DNA of 64,000 nt, from the NCBI RefSeq assembly GCF_009914755.1, contig NC_060930.1; one strand, given 5' to 3'. The notes under the pieces were generated by a model, which worked only from the letters and a program-made list of their open reading frames with translations, was not told where the DNA came from and made no database searches. Below, piece by piece: positions 1-15,330 of this stretch. A program made the translations under genes and the position numbers. The stretch is from the human T2T-CHM13v2.0 reference genome, Homo sapiens. Positions within the stretch are counted from its first letter, which is position 1. Every line of letters begins with the position of its first letter.

Positions 1-1351
1 AATATCTGTCCTCACTGTGTTTAAGTTCAGAATCCTAAAACATTGCTCCTTTTGAAATATGAAAGCAAAAATTCTCAGTATTTCCTAACAGTGTTACTTA
101 TCATGGTCTATTGAGCCATTCATTAGAGACTTAAGTAGCTAACCTGATTTTAATTTTATAGGATGATTCATAGAAAGACTCACATTCTTGTGCATACTTA
201 TAGCATATTTCATTGACTTCAAAATGCTATTGATTGCAAGATGCACAATGATTTTATGCATCCTTTAGCAAGGAGAAAAGTCACTGCCAATTAAGTTATG
301 ACACAGTGCTCTTATAATTGATTAGAAGATGCATCCTGATTTTAGAGGGATTAAAATGTTTTTTAAAATTTGTCTTACATTATATTAAATACATATTTAT
401 GTCCACTGGTACATTTTTTGACAAGAAAGATAAAGTATTTAAGGTAATGGCATATGGATTTGAGCTGCTTTGACAGAATCCCTGAGGACTGTGAAAAACA
501 AAGAAATGAATCTTATCCTAGAGGCTCATTTGGGGATTCACGGAAGAGTGGTATGGGGAGAAAAACCCAGGTTTTGTTTGTTTCACTTTGCTTCTTAGGT
601 AATTGACTTCATGCCATATATCTGAGTATTTTCTATATAAATAATGCCACAGAGTGACTTATAAGGATAATATGTGTTGCTGTTCATCTATTTAGGCTTT
701 TCCCCAGGTTTGCTACTGTATTCTCTGTATGAGACCAAAAAGAAAGAAAGAGATAAGCTTGTATATATTTTGCCTACGTAGAGATTTGCTCTTTTTCTCA
801 TGTTTCCTCAGAGAAGAGAGCAGACATGTTGCATAAACCTGAAGAATATAATTTGAGGGCAGAAATAGTAGAAAATAAAAGTGAGAGGAGGCAGATAAAT
901 TGAAGACAGATAAAGAACTGGGAGGAAGTCTATAAAATGAATTTAAAAAATTAAAAAGCAAAGCATGGAGATAACAAAGTATTTAACCAACAATATGGTG
1001 TTCTTTTATTGCTTCACTGTGCAAAGGGTATTTTGTGGAGCTATGCTATATGCAGGAAATTTATCAAACTTTGAAGGATGTAGCTTAGAATTTTTCCCTG
1101 ACCACCAAGCAATGGGGTATAAAATTATTTTATTTAAGAAAAGCGTTGGAAGTAGCAAATAAGATTCTGTGGATGAGTGGGAAGGGCAAGAAGAGGACTT
1201 AAAAGCATTGCAATGAAAACAAATGTATGTAGTAACATTCATGCATGGCCTGATCTGCGGTGGGAGGTGGACTGCAGGAGCCCGAGGAGCAGACGCTTTG
1301 GGAGTCCAGCCCACTGTGAAGGAGCAGGAGCCAGAGGGAAATGTCACTGAG

Positions 1352-1633
1352 TTTTTTTTTTTTTTTTGAGACGGAGTCTCGCTCTGTCGCCCAGGCTGGA
1401 GTGCAGTGGCGGGATCTCGGCTCACTGCGGGTTCACGCCATTCTCCTGCCTCAGCCTCCCAAGTAGCTAGGACTACAGGCGCCCGCCACTACGCCCGGCT
1501 ATTTTTTGTAGTTTTAGTAGAGACGGGGTTTCACCGTTTTAGCCGGGATGGTCTCGATCTCCTGACCTCGTGATCCGCCCGCCTCGGCCTCCCAAAGTGC
1601 TGGGATTACAGGCGTGAGCCACCGCGCCCGGCC
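1352..1633 (-). mobile_element. AluYa8 (young human-specific Alu) with 14-bp internal deletion
   Basis: Minus strand shows the Ya5 diagnostics (CATCCCGG, CTAAAACG, GCGTAGTG, CTACTTGG, GATCCCGC) plus Ya8-type ACTAAAACTACAAAAAATAGCC and GTAGTCCTAGC. Perfect TSD TCACTGAGTTTTT at 1344-1356 and 1634-1646. Confidence 0.85.
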
Positions 1634-2407
1634 TCACTGAGTTTTTGGCCTGGAGGAGTGTGTTTATTTCAGCAGGCCCACCCCACATCATGTAGTTAGC
1701 CATTTAGTAACTGTTTAACATGACCCTTATATGTGAAGAAAAAACGTGGTAACATAGATGCAACTCACTTCTCCACACCCTCACCCTCTCACCTCTGCCT
1801 GGGGTCTCCTCACATCTTCCCCTATACAGTTTTGCCCACAGTCATAGCACAGCACTTACTACAGTTCTTAGTGCATGTAGTAGGCATTTGACAAATGTTT
1901 ATTGAATCGATGATGGATGGTAGAGGTGTCAGAAAGGATGGATTCCTTTACTTAACAGGCAGGATTTGTAAACAGTGCGTTATTATTGCTTTGATTTCTT
2001 AAGTGTGGTTAGATATGTAATCTAGATTGCTTTTCTGAAGTAAGTTGTTTCTTTTGTCATATTAAATTATCTAATGCAGTGATGTATACAAATAGTTTGT
2101 GTATGTCGTCACAAAAATAAAAGGTTCCTTCTTTAACAGCTCCAAATGAATCCTTTCTTATGACTTCATTGAATCAGGAAGACTCAGACTACTCTCAGTG
2201 TAGTTATTTTGTGATATCATAACATCTTTGTAAACCTGGTGGGAGGTTGTGATAGTGTGAAGAACTGAGGATTCCAGATTTCTGGTGTTAACACTACAAC
2301 TCAAACGTCCTGGTGGTAGAAATGTTAATCAAGGGGAGTTCACATTTCCCTGTTCTGGTAATAGACAGTATTGCCCTGGATTTAACCTTTTCTTGCTGAT
2401 GTAGGGT

Positions 2408-2607
2408 CAGTTGGAGTGCTAGTAAACTATCTGCTAGCTGGGGCAGGCTTAGAGGGGTTGGTTGGGGAGGGAGTTAACAATTTATAGCATTTTTCAAAGT
2501 GGTAAAAATACTCCCCACCATGGATGATTTCAACCTACCGAATGGTTGCGGCTTGCAGAATTCCTGAATATTTGTTTAGTAGTGGAGTGGTCCACAGCAC
2601 ACATTGC
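2408..2607. mobile_element. Possible degraded hAT-type MITE (MER63-like)
   Basis: Ends cagttggagtgct... and ...agcacacattg resemble CAGTGGTGTGCTG inverted termini. Weak match. Confidence 0.35.
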
Positions 2608-2903
2608 TTGGAAAAATCATTATCATACTATATTCTTGTGGATTCAGCTACTGTATACAGTAAGAGACAGACATAACACTGACTGGACGCTAATCCTAAG
2701 TTTAGAGATCCTAGAACTTTCTTAGAAAAATCACTGAAGTCTTTGGAATCTTTCTCATGAAAGTGGAGCAAGAGGATATAAATTTGAAAGACTCAGGGCA
2801 GAGAAATGTAACTATTATTCTGTAAACCTAGTGTTTTAGTTGAAGGCTGAATCAACCTTCTGCTAAGTGATTTTCTTAAACCTGTAAAAATAACAGCAGA
2901 ATA

Positions 2904-3132
2904 CAGGGTGAGTATCCCTAATCTGAAAATCTGAAATCTAAAGTGCTTCAAAATTGGAAACTTTTTGAGCACTAATATGATGCTCAAAAGAAATGCTCAT
3001 TGGAGCATTTCGGATTTCAGATTTTCAGAATAGGGATGCTCAGCCGGCAAGTATAATGCAAATATTCCAAAAGCTGAAAAAAACATCAGAAATCCAAAAC
3101 ATTTCTGGTCCCAAGCATTTTGGATGAGAGAT
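2904..3132 (-). mobile_element. Tigger4a/MER46 (Zombi) MITE
   Basis: TA|cagggtgagtatccct terminus, repeated atctgaaa/ttcagattt units and tctggtcccaagcatttt match the reverse complement of Tigger4a. Confidence 0.8.
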
Positions 3133-3479
3133 AGTATGTGTTTGGTTTTCTCATCAGTGTCAGTTATCTTGTTAGCAACATTTAGATTTTTGTCTTTCAG
3201 CTTTCTGCTACTTTTGTACAAACCATACTGTACAACATTAGAGCAAGTTATAAAAATAGAAAATGTATTTATTTCATGACACTTCACATCAGTTGTCACT
3301 TTTCTATTACCTTTTGTGCTAACCCAGCTATATCATAGCCAAAGAGGACCTGTGTTGAGTTACAAAATTGTTCTTACCACTTTCTGTGAAGTACTTGTCA
3401 GGAGTCAGGCAAAGTGCTTATTGAAAAGGCAAATAAGAAGGTTAGTATAACAAATATTCTAAGTATATACTTGGTTTTC

Positions 3480-4610
3480 TTCTCTTAGTGGAGTGTTTAA
3501 AAGACATAGTTAAGTAATGATAACAGTGTATTTTTGAACTGTAACATTTATAAATACAATATGTATATAACATGTATAAATACAATATGTATATAACAAA
3601 AGGAGGAAAAAGGAAAATAGAGCTATATAGGCATAATGTTGCCACATCTCACTGGAATTAAGTTAATATAAACCTCACTGGAATTAAGTTAATATAAATC
3701 TAAAGAGACTCTGAAGATGTGAGGTAAGTCCTAGAGCTACTACAAAGGAAATAATCAAAAATCTCTATAAATGAAAAAATTATTAAAGAAATTAAATATT
3801 ACATTTGAAAATATTCACTTAATGTAAAAGAAAACATTAAAGGAGAAGTAGAGGAACAAAAAAAGACACAAGACATACAGAAAACAAAAAGTTAAATTGC
3901 AGGCACAAATTCAGCTGTGTCAATAATATCAATAATATGAATGGATTAAACAGTCTAATCAAAAGGCATAGATTGTCAGACCAGATTAAAGAAACAAGAT
4001 CTGACTATACACTGTCTGCACTGGCACTCACTTTAGATCCAAGACACAAATATATTGAAAGTGAAAGGATAGGAAAAGATGTATCATGCAAATAACAAGC
4101 ATAAGAAAGCTGGAGTGGCTATGTTAATATCAAAAGGGACTTCAAAATAAAAAATGTTACTAGAGGTAAAGAGGGACATTTTCTAATGATGAAAGTGTCA
4201 ATCCATCAGGAAGGTATAGCAGTTATAAACATGTATCCACCTGATAATAGAGCCTTAAAATACATGAAGCAAAAACTGATAAAAATGAAGGGAGAAATAG
4301 ACAATTCAACAATAACAGTTGGAGACTTCATTACCCCACTGTTAACAATGGATGGAATCTTCTAGACAGAAGGTCAGCAAGGAAATAGAAGGCTTGACTA
4401 CCAACACTGTAAGCCAAGTAGACCTAAATACTCCACCCAAGAACAACAGAATACACATTATTCTCCAGTATACATGGAATATTCTTCAGGATAGACCATC
4501 ACCTAGGCCATAAAACAGTTGATCATTAAATCAAAAAGAATTGAAATAATATAGTTTGCTCCAACTGCCATGGAATGAAATTAGAACTCAGTAACAGAAA
4601 AATGTACTGA
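3480..4610 (+). mobile_element. Old L1M fragment (inter-ORF region and ORF2 endonuclease start)
   Basis: A-rich, with decayed EN-coding motifs (aatggattaaac...tcaaaagg, aagctggagtggctat, gttggagacttca, gatagaccat). Confidence 0.75.
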
Positions 4611-5352
4611 TGTGAAAAAATTCTTCCAGTCCCACATTGTCCCTAAGAGGAGGAGAAATGTCAGTCAGCAAACCAGAACTTCTGTTGTACAAATGACACC
4701 AAGGCTTTCCAGACAAGTAGACTAGGAACATTGCTGTCATACTGATAACAGGTAATTCTGCATTTGAATTCCTCTACATGAGGAAACTAGCAAAGATAAG
4801 TGCCTCTGGAAATGTTTTCTTTGAAACAAAAATACAGCTTGATGTACAACTACAATTCCTCCAAGAAAAACCTCAAAGTAAAAAACATCTTCGTAAATAT
4901 CAAGCAAGAAGCGCATTATTTGAAGATACAGAAATAACATTTGATCTCATTTTCTTAAGGTAGAGTCAGAGCATGTTAAGAGCTGAAACTTTTAGTACAG
5001 AAATACACTTGTGACCCAGTGTTGTTATGTTGTCAGTTCTTAAGTACATACTTATAAAATGATTTTGTTTTTTTATGTTTGTTTTATTTTAATAGTGTTC
5101 AGTCTACTTTAAATATTTTGTATTTTAATAATTAGAATAATAGCTTTTTAAAGAAAGTTATTTTAAAACATCAAATAAAATATATGTTTATGAGTTTTTT
5201 TATGAGAAGGGTATTAAACATTTAGTTTCACTGAAGCTAAAATACCAGTGTTAATCCCGGCCCTGTAGTATGATAGAAATATACATGCTGAAATAGTGGT
5301 GTAGCCATTTTGTCCTAGTATTGCAATTGCAACCAGCGATGGTGTTGATTAT

Positions 5353-5396
<44 letters not shown>
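5353..5396. repeat. (AAT)n microsatellite
   Basis: About 14 perfect TAA/AAT units. Confidence 0.95.
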
Positions 5397-5397
<1 letters not shown>

Positions 5398-5409
5398 TCA
5401 ACAGAAGCA

Positions 5410-5612
5410 ATAATAATGAACTAAAATTGAAGTTCTGGGCACAATGCCAAGCTGTCTACATGCATTATCTCAAATAATTCTCACAACCCCATGAGGTGCC
5501 ATTATCTGTGTTTTGCAGATAATGAAGGCTCAATAATAGAACTTACCCAAGGTCACATAGCTGAAGCGGCAGAGCCAGAACCTAGACCCTGGCTTCCCTG
5601 TCTTCAGAGCTC
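5410..5612 (-). mobile_element. MIR SINE
   Basis: Core ctcacaaccccatgagg...ttttgcagat...acttacccaaggtcacatagct. Confidence 0.7.
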
Positions 5613-5899
5613 ACCAGAGGACATATGTGAACAGTGATGATTTGAGAAAAAGTGAGCGGAAGTGGTAACTGGATGCAAGAGTCCAGGATAGTTTCTAGTT
5701 TAGACAACTGCATGAATGGCTGTGCCACACATGGAGACTTACTATTTTTTTTTTTTATCTATCTGGACTTAACTGTATTAGGCAGCTGTTATTATATTTA
5801 ATATTCTGGAAAATTTAATATACGTTACTTGAAAGTTTTGAGTGTTTTTGAGGGAAGGAGAAGAGTATTGTGTAGGTCTTCAATAGTGTATTCTTATTT

Positions 5900-7760
5900 T
5901 CTTCCTCAGAGACCTGTTAAAGTTTTTGCTTTCTTGGGCTAATTTTATTTATAATATAAGTTAAATTTTATGTGTTATTCAGGTTGTCTAAGTTAAAATA
6001 GAATACAATATTCTCATAATTTTAAAGAGTTTCTTTTAGTTTTCCATTTGTGCAAGTTTGTTGTGGCAAATTCTTTCAAGTGTCATATATTAGAAAAGGT
6101 CTATTTCACTTTCATTGTTGGAAAATATTCTTGCTGGGTTTGGAAGCATAGAAAATCTAGCCTGGCATTTTATTTTCCTGAGTACATTGTTGGTGTAGAG
6201 GTGTCACTCTATTGCTTCTTTGAAGGTAATCTGGCTTTTAAAAATTACTAGTAATTTTAAAAATTATTTTTAAGATTTTGGGCCTTGTCTTTGACTTTCA
6301 TAGTTTCAAAGTGATGTGTACAGGTATGATTTCTCTATATTTGTCTTGCTTGTGGTTTAGAGTGCTCTTGAATCTGTAGATTCATGCATTTCATTCATTT
6401 TTAACAATTTTTAGACTTTATCTCCTTACATATTGCCTCTGCCTCATTGTGTATCTTTCCACCTTCTTTGTTTTGTTACTTTCTGGATATTGTATCCTTT
6501 GGTCTCCTAATACTTTATTCTGTGTTGTTTTCATCTGACTTATTCTCTCTCTCTCTCTTTCTCTCTCTCTCTTCGTTTCTCTCTCTCTCTCTCTCCTTTT
6601 CTTTCCTTTTTTTTTTTTTTTTTTTTTTTTCTGAGACAGGGTCTTGCTCAGTCATCCAGGCTGATATAAGCTCACTATAGCCTCAACCACCTGGGCTCAA
6701 GCAATCCTCTTGCCTCAGCCTCCCAGGTAGCTGGAACTGAAGGCATGCACCACTGCACCCAGATTATATTTGTTTTTTGTTTTTGTTTTTGTTTTAGAGA
6801 CAAAGTCTTGCTATATTCTTCAGCCTGGTCTTGAACTTCTGGCCTCAAGCAATCTTCCTGCCTCAACCTCCTGAGTAGCTGGGAGTGGCAACCTCTGTGA
6901 GCCACTGCACCTAGCAACTGTCTTTTTCAGTTGTTCTAATCTAAATTTAAATCTATCTTAGTTCTATTATGGTATTTTTTTCAATTCTGTAATTTATATT
7001 TGGCTTTTCAAATATGCTGTGTCTCTTTATACTTCCAGTTTTCTGAAATTTTCAGTATTCTTGTCCTTAAGTAAGCACATTTATTTTAAAGTCTTTGTGT
7101 ATTCATTCCAATATATTGGACCCCTGTAAATCTGTTTATAATGTTGGTTCTTTCATGTTGAATTCTTTTCTCAGATGCCTGGTTATCTTTGAATATATGA
7201 TGGACATTTTATTTTAAAAATTATAGAAATGTTTTAAGCCTAAGTTGACAATATCTTCCTTCAAAGAAGATTTCAGTTTTCTTCGCCAGGCTTCTAGGAG
7301 AACTGACAATCTAAGATTCATCTTAATTGAGTTTTAGAGTGTGAGATTTTTGGGGCCATTGAAAGTGAGTTGCAGTTTATGTGAAGCTTGATCTTTATGC
7401 AATTTTCCCTTATTCCTAGAATGAAGCCCTTTAGGTTCTCAGCTGAAAACATGCAGGTTTTAATGCGGACTCCATGCATGGCATGCCCTGGATTCTGTCA
7501 TTTGTACCTTTATAGCTCCTTTAGATTGTCAGAACCGCCCAGCCTTTTAGCTGCTCTTTTGAATAGACAAACCCTCCCTAATCAAAAGGAGCCCCAGCTA
7601 CTGATCTCCCCTGTTTGGACTTTTATCCTCTCCAGGATCTTGGCTCAGTAACTTTTCACTATCTTTTTATTGCTTAATTGCCTTCAAGCTGATCATGTTT
7701 ATATTTTGTCTAGGTAATCTGTTGTCCTGAGAGGAGGATCATCTGAATTACTTAATTACT
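5900..7760 (-). mobile_element. Old L1M fragment (ORF1/5' region) interrupted by an Alu
   Basis: T-rich decayed L1 antisense sequence (gtgatgtgtacagg, cttgaatctgtagattcatg). Confidence 0.55.
6544..6915 (-). mobile_element. AluJ with a (CT)n/poly-T tail
   Basis: gagacagggtcttgct...ctgggctcaagcaatcct...gagccactgcacctagc. Tail 6544-6630 has decayed into a CT repeat. Confidence 0.85.
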
Positions 7761-8163
7761 TAATTCTTAATTACTATAAGTCCCTTATAAAAGTTCTTTA
7801 TACATTATCATATTAACCTTTGCCTTACATGTTGCAGATACTTTCTCAGTTTCTCACTTGCTTTTTAAAATGAAAATTACATACACACACGCTCTCACAC
7901 AGACACACTCCTTAGTTTTTATGTATTCAAATTGCTTTGCTTGCTTTTTTGCTTAGAAAGTGTAATCCCAGCCCAAGGTGAGCTAAATATTTATTCCTAT
8001 TTTCTTATTCTTTTTGTGGTTTTCTTTCTTACATTGAATTATTGAACTTATTTTGGTACATGCTGTTTGCTTAAGATCTGTTTCTACTTTATCATCCAGT
8101 GTATGAGACTTGAATCTCTTTTCCCAAAAATTTTGAAATATGGCACCTTTTTCATTTACTAAG

Positions 8164-8280
8164 TACATATATACATATATATATACACATATATACATAT
8201 ATATACACACACATATATACATATATATACACACACACATATATACATATATATACACACACACATATATACATATACAT
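8164..8280. repeat. Compound (TA)n/(CA)n microsatellite
   Basis: tacatatatatacacacac units seen directly. Confidence 0.95.
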
Positions 8281-9647
8281 GATAGGGCCTTTTTATGTAT
8301 TTTTGGTTTATCCATTGATCTGATCTTGAGAAAATATTGTCTTAACCATTTAATATCTTTTCCATGAAGCTGTCTTTACATAATTTTCTTTCAGCATTTT
8401 ATTGTTCAATTTAGAGTGATTATTTTCTCAAATGGAGATTGGAGGCATGTTACATTTCTTAAAAGAGTAAAATTTTTTATTGTTTGAAATTGTATAAAAC
8501 TTGGATATTTGCAAATTGACGTACTCAAAATATTATTTTTTTTCCGGGGGATGGTGTGTTTCTTTATTATGTAAGCCACTTTTAAACAAAAACTCATACT
8601 GAAAACTTTAAAATTTTCTGTATGTTTAGAATTTTCTGTGCGAAATTATTTCATGGCATTTTAATATTTTTATTAATATTAGTCGAAGAATATTTTCCAT
8701 TGTATTTTCTAACTAATCATTTATGGCATAAGGAAAAAGACTGATATTTGTGTGTTTCTGTACTGAACTCTTCTGTTAGGTATAATAGATTGTCAGTGAT
8801 TTCTTATGGGTTCTCTAGGAGACCATTTTATTATCAGGAAATAATGCTATTTTCCTTCTTACCGTCATTTATATTTCATTGATTTTTATTCTTTCATTGT
8901 GTTAGTTGAATAGTCTACAGAAGTGATTAAAAATAAGTGGCCATTGCAGGAATCCTCTTATTATCCCAGACCTCAGAAGGAGATTTTTCTAGGATCTGGC
9001 TTTGAGTATTGCGTATCATTGGCATGAGAGATATTCTTTATCGTATTTTCTTAGTTTGCTAGTTTTATTTTGATTTTTCTAATTTCTCTTGTGACTTTCT
9101 GTTTGACCCCTGGGCTGTTCAGAATTGTATTGATAACTTTCTAAATATTTGGAGGTTTTTCAGGTATCTTTCTGCTATTTCTAGTTTAATTTTGTTGTGT
9201 TCAGGGAACATACTTTCTATGTCCTCTTAACTTTTTTGAACTGCATACTTTGTTTTAAAATTTAAGTAGCCAATAGGCACTGTACCTAGTGCTCCTTGAA
9301 TATGCATACCCTAGAGATGCCATGGGTTTAGTTCTAGACCACTGCAGTAAAGCAAATACTGCAATAAAGCAGGTTACGTGAATTTTTTTTATTTCCCAGT
9401 GCATATCAAAGTTATGTTTACATTATACTGTAATCCGTGTAAGTGTGCAGATGAGCATTGGCTTTCATAGCATTATGTCTAATAAAACAATGAGAATACC
9501 TTAATTTAAAAAATATTGCCAAAAATGTGAATGATCATCTGAGTCTTTATCCAGTCATAATCTTTTTGCTGGTAGAGGGTCTTGCCTCGATGCAGATTGC
9601 TGCTGACTGATCAGGGTACTGGTGGCTAAAGGTTGGGTGGCTGTTGC

Positions 9648-11473
<1,826 letters not shown>

Positions 11474-13519
11474 GCCATTTCTTAAAGCAGTGAAGTTTGC
11501 CACCTTGACTTTTACTTTCATGAAAGATTTCTCTGTAGCATAGGATGGTGTTTGATAGCATTTCACCCAGAGTAAAACTTCTTTCAAAATTGGAGTCAGT
11601 CCTCTCAAAGTCTGCCACTGCTTTATCAATTGTGTTTATGTAGTACTCTAAATCCTTTGTTGTCATTTCAGCAGCGTTTACAGCATCTTCACCAGAAATA
11701 GATTTCATCTCAAGAAACCACTTTCTTTGCTCGTCCATAGAAGCATCTCCTTATCCATTCAAGCCTTATCGTGAGATTGCAGCAATTCAGTCACATCTTC
11801 AAGCTCCACTTTAGTTCTGCTTCTCTTGCTGTTTCCACCACATCTGCGGGGACTTCCTCCACTGAAGTCTTGAATCCCTCAAAGTCATCCTTGAGGACTG
11901 GAATCTGCTTCTTCCAAACTCCTGTTAATGTTGCCATTTTGACCTCCTCTCATCAATCATGAATGCTTTTAATGGCATTTAGAATAGTGAATCCTTTCAA
12001 GAAGGCTTTCAATTTGCTTTGCCCAGCTCCATCAGAGGAATCACTGTCTATGACAGCTATCACCTTATGAAATGAATTTCTTAAATAGTAAGCCTTGAAA
12101 GTAAAAATTACTCCTTGATCCGTGGGCTGAAAAATGGACATTGTATTACCAGGCATGAAAACAACATTCATCTTCTTATACATCTCCATCAGAGCTCTTG
12201 AATGACAAGGTTTATTCAATGAGCAGTGATATTTTAAAAGAAATCTATTTTTTCTGAGTAGTCACTCTCAATATTGGGCTTAAAATATTCAGTAAACCAT
12301 GCTATAAACAGATGTGCTGTCATCCAGGCTTTGTTGTTCCATCTGTACAGCACAGGCAGAGTAGATTTAGCATGATTCTTAAGGGTCTTATGGATTTTCA
12401 GAATAGTAGATGAGCGTTTGCTTCAACTTAAAGCCACCAGCTGTATTAGCCCTTAGCAAGAGAGTCAGCCTGTCCTTTGAAGCTTTGAAGCCAGGCATTG
12501 ACTTCTCTCTAGTATGAAAGCCCTGGATGGCATCTTCTTCCAATAGAAGGCTGGTTTATCTACATAGAAAATCTGTTGTTTTCTGTAGCCACCTTCCTCA
12601 GTTATCTTAGCAAAATCTTCTGGATAACTTGCTGCAGCTTCTACATTAACACCTGCTGCTTCACCTTGCCCTTTTATGTCATGGAGATGGCCTCTTTCCT
12701 TAAATCTCTTGAGCCAACCTCTGCTAGCTGTCAGCCTTTCTTCTGCAGCTTCCTCACTTGTTTCAGCCTTCATAGCATTGAAGAGAGTTCGGGCCTTTCT
12801 CTGGGTTAGGCTTTGGCTTAAGGGATGTTGTGGCTGGTTTCATCTTCTGTCCAAACCACTAAAATTTTCTTCATATCAGCAATAAGACTGTTGTGCTTTT
12901 TTGTCGTTCAGGTGTTTCCTGGAGTAGCACTTTTAATTTCCTTCAATAACTTTGCCTTTGCATTCACAACTTGGCTTACTGGCTGGTACAAGCATCCTAG
13001 CCTTCAGCCTATCTCAGCTTTCAACACGCCTTCTTCAGTAAGCTTAATCATTTCTAGCTTTTGGCTTAAAGCTAGAGACATGCAACTCTTCCTTTCACTT
13101 GAACACTTAGAGGCCCTTGTAGGCTTATTAACTGGCATAATTTTAACATTGTTGTGTCTTGGGTAATAGGCAGGTCCAAGGAGAGGCAGAGAGACGGGAA
13201 TGGCCAGTTGATGGAGCAGTGAGAACACACACACAACATTTATTAAGTTTACTGTGTTACATGGGCACAATTAATGCAGCCCCAAAATAATTACAACAGT
13301 AAAAACAAAGATCACTGATCAAAGATCACCATGACAGATATAATAATAATGCAAAAGTTTGAAGTATTGCAAGAATTAGAAAAAATATGTCACACACCAG
13401 AAGTGAGTGCATATGTTTGGAGAAATGGTGCCAAGACAGACTTGCTCCATGCAGAGTTGCCACAAACCCTTAATGCAAAAAGCACAGTATCTGCGAAGCT
13501 CAACAAAGCAAGGTATACC

Positions 13520-14098
13520 TGTATTCATTTTCTTTTGCTGCGTAACAAATTCCTACAAACTTAGCAGTTGACACAGTACTTACTGTCTTGTGGTTCTGTA
13601 GGTCAGAAGCCTGACACAGGACCTGGCTATAATGATGATGTCAGCAGGTCTGTCTTCTGGAGGCTCCAGGGGAAATTCTGTTTTCCTGCTTATTCAGGTT
13701 ACTGGCAGAATTTAGTCCTGTAGCTGTAGTCATCATGTTCTTGTGAGCTGTCAGCTGAAGTCCATTCCCAGCTTTTAGAGGCTACCATGTTCTTTGGACG
13801 GGAGCTCTCTTTCTCCGTCTTGAAAGCCAGCAATGGCAGGTCAGGTCTCATTTCCTGTCTCTCTCCTGCCTCTTCAGTTGTTCAATACCTCTGACTTCAG
13901 CCCTAAGAGATTCTCCATTGTTATGGGATTGTGTAATTAAATTTGAAAGAGTCCTGCAGTAACCGAGGATAATCTCCCCATCTCAAAATACGTAACCATA
14001 TCACATTTGCAGCGTCCCCTTTGCCACATTCAGAAACATTTACAGGTTCCAGAGGTTGGGGTGTGGCCATTTTATAGGGCCATTATTTCACCCACCAT
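13520..14098 (-). mobile_element. MaLR LTR (MLT1 family)
   Basis: tgtattcatttt...gctgcgtaacaaatt...aaacttagcag, ctggaggctccagggga, gaggataatctcccc and the terminal ...attatttcacccacca. Confidence 0.75.
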
Positions 14099-14099
14099 G

Positions 14100-15330
14100 C
14101 TGCCATATTGGACAGTACAACTTTACACTGTATTATCTTTTAAACGGTGAAATTTTGAAGTGATAAAATTCTTAAAGTTCTTTTTATAATTTTATTATTG
14201 TCATTTTCAGAGCTCTTCATTTATATGTATAGATCCACATTTAAGTTTTAACATTTCAGTATAGGCCTGAAGACAACGAATTCTCTCAGCTTTTGTTTTT
14301 CTGAAAAAAATCTTGCTATGGCCTTCATTTTTGAAAGCTAAATTATTTCTCAATATGAAATTCTGGGTTGGACAATTTTTTTTTCTTTCAGTAGTGTAAA
14401 AATATCACACCATGGTTTCCGTTGAGAAGTCTGCTTTAATTTTTATCTTTTATTCTCTGTGTGTAATGTTTTTCTACCCTCTGGCTGCTTTCAGGATTTT
14501 CTCTTTATCTTTGGTTTTCAGCAGTTTGAATATATTGTCTAAATTCTTTTTCTCCCTTTTCTTCTTTTTCTCAGTATTTTTTTTATTCTTTATGCTTATT
14601 CTTTCGTATCATATTCTTAATCATCCTAGTTATGGGTTATTTAGGCTTTTTGGATGTATGGTTTGTTGTTTTCATTATTTGGGGAAAATTCTTGGCCATT
14701 ATTTTTTTCATGTATTTCTACTACCCTGTTTATTCTTCCTTTTCCTGCCGGTTCCTTGTGCTTATGGCGGGGACTGGGACTCTGGGGGCTTTTCTCAGTG
14801 CTAGTGCCCCTGCTCAGCTTGCAGCCTCCTGCGCCATAGGCTGGGGGAGTCCCTGCCCACCTCCTCACCGCCCCCCTAGCAGTGGGCTGCTGCTGCTTCC
14901 CCCACAGGGCTGGGCTTCTGGATGGGGTGGGGAGGGGAGGGTTGCTCCATCTCCTGGTCCAGCCTCAGTCTTGGCGGTCCCTGTGTTTCCAGCCCCTCCC
15001 CCATGGCAAGGGACTGAAATTTTATTGGTGTGGGATTTTGGTCTCAGGACAGTTTCCTGCCTCCCCTGGGGTAGAGGGTGTCCTCCTCTGTTCTTCTCCC
15101 GGCTGCAGGGTGTTTCTGTCTGTCCCTGTGGTGACATCTGCTGCCCTTTCCCTATCAGCTTAAAGCCCAAGGCTTTGCTCAGGGGGAGGAAGCTCTCAGG
15201 GAGAGTTGGCTTCATGCCTGTCCACTCTGCTTACACGCTTGGGGCACTTCTCTGGCCTCGTCCTGCCCCTCATGTGAGCACCTGGTGCGGGCCCATGTTA
15301 AAGAGCCTGTAAGTGAGTGTGGACTCCCTC
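14100..15330 (-). mobile_element. Old L1M ORF1/5' region
   Basis: ttctctcagcttttgtt, gagaagtctgct and ctggctgctttcaggattttctc are typical antisense L1 ORF1 remnants. Confidence 0.6.

Noticed and set aside
7983-8367. YI/HT-repeat ORFs on both strands
   Set aside because: Translations of the (TA/CA)n microsatellite.
14632-15312. 226-aa + strand ORF
   Set aside because: Lies antisense within an old L1 5'/ORF1 remnant, has low-complexity composition and no recognisable domain.
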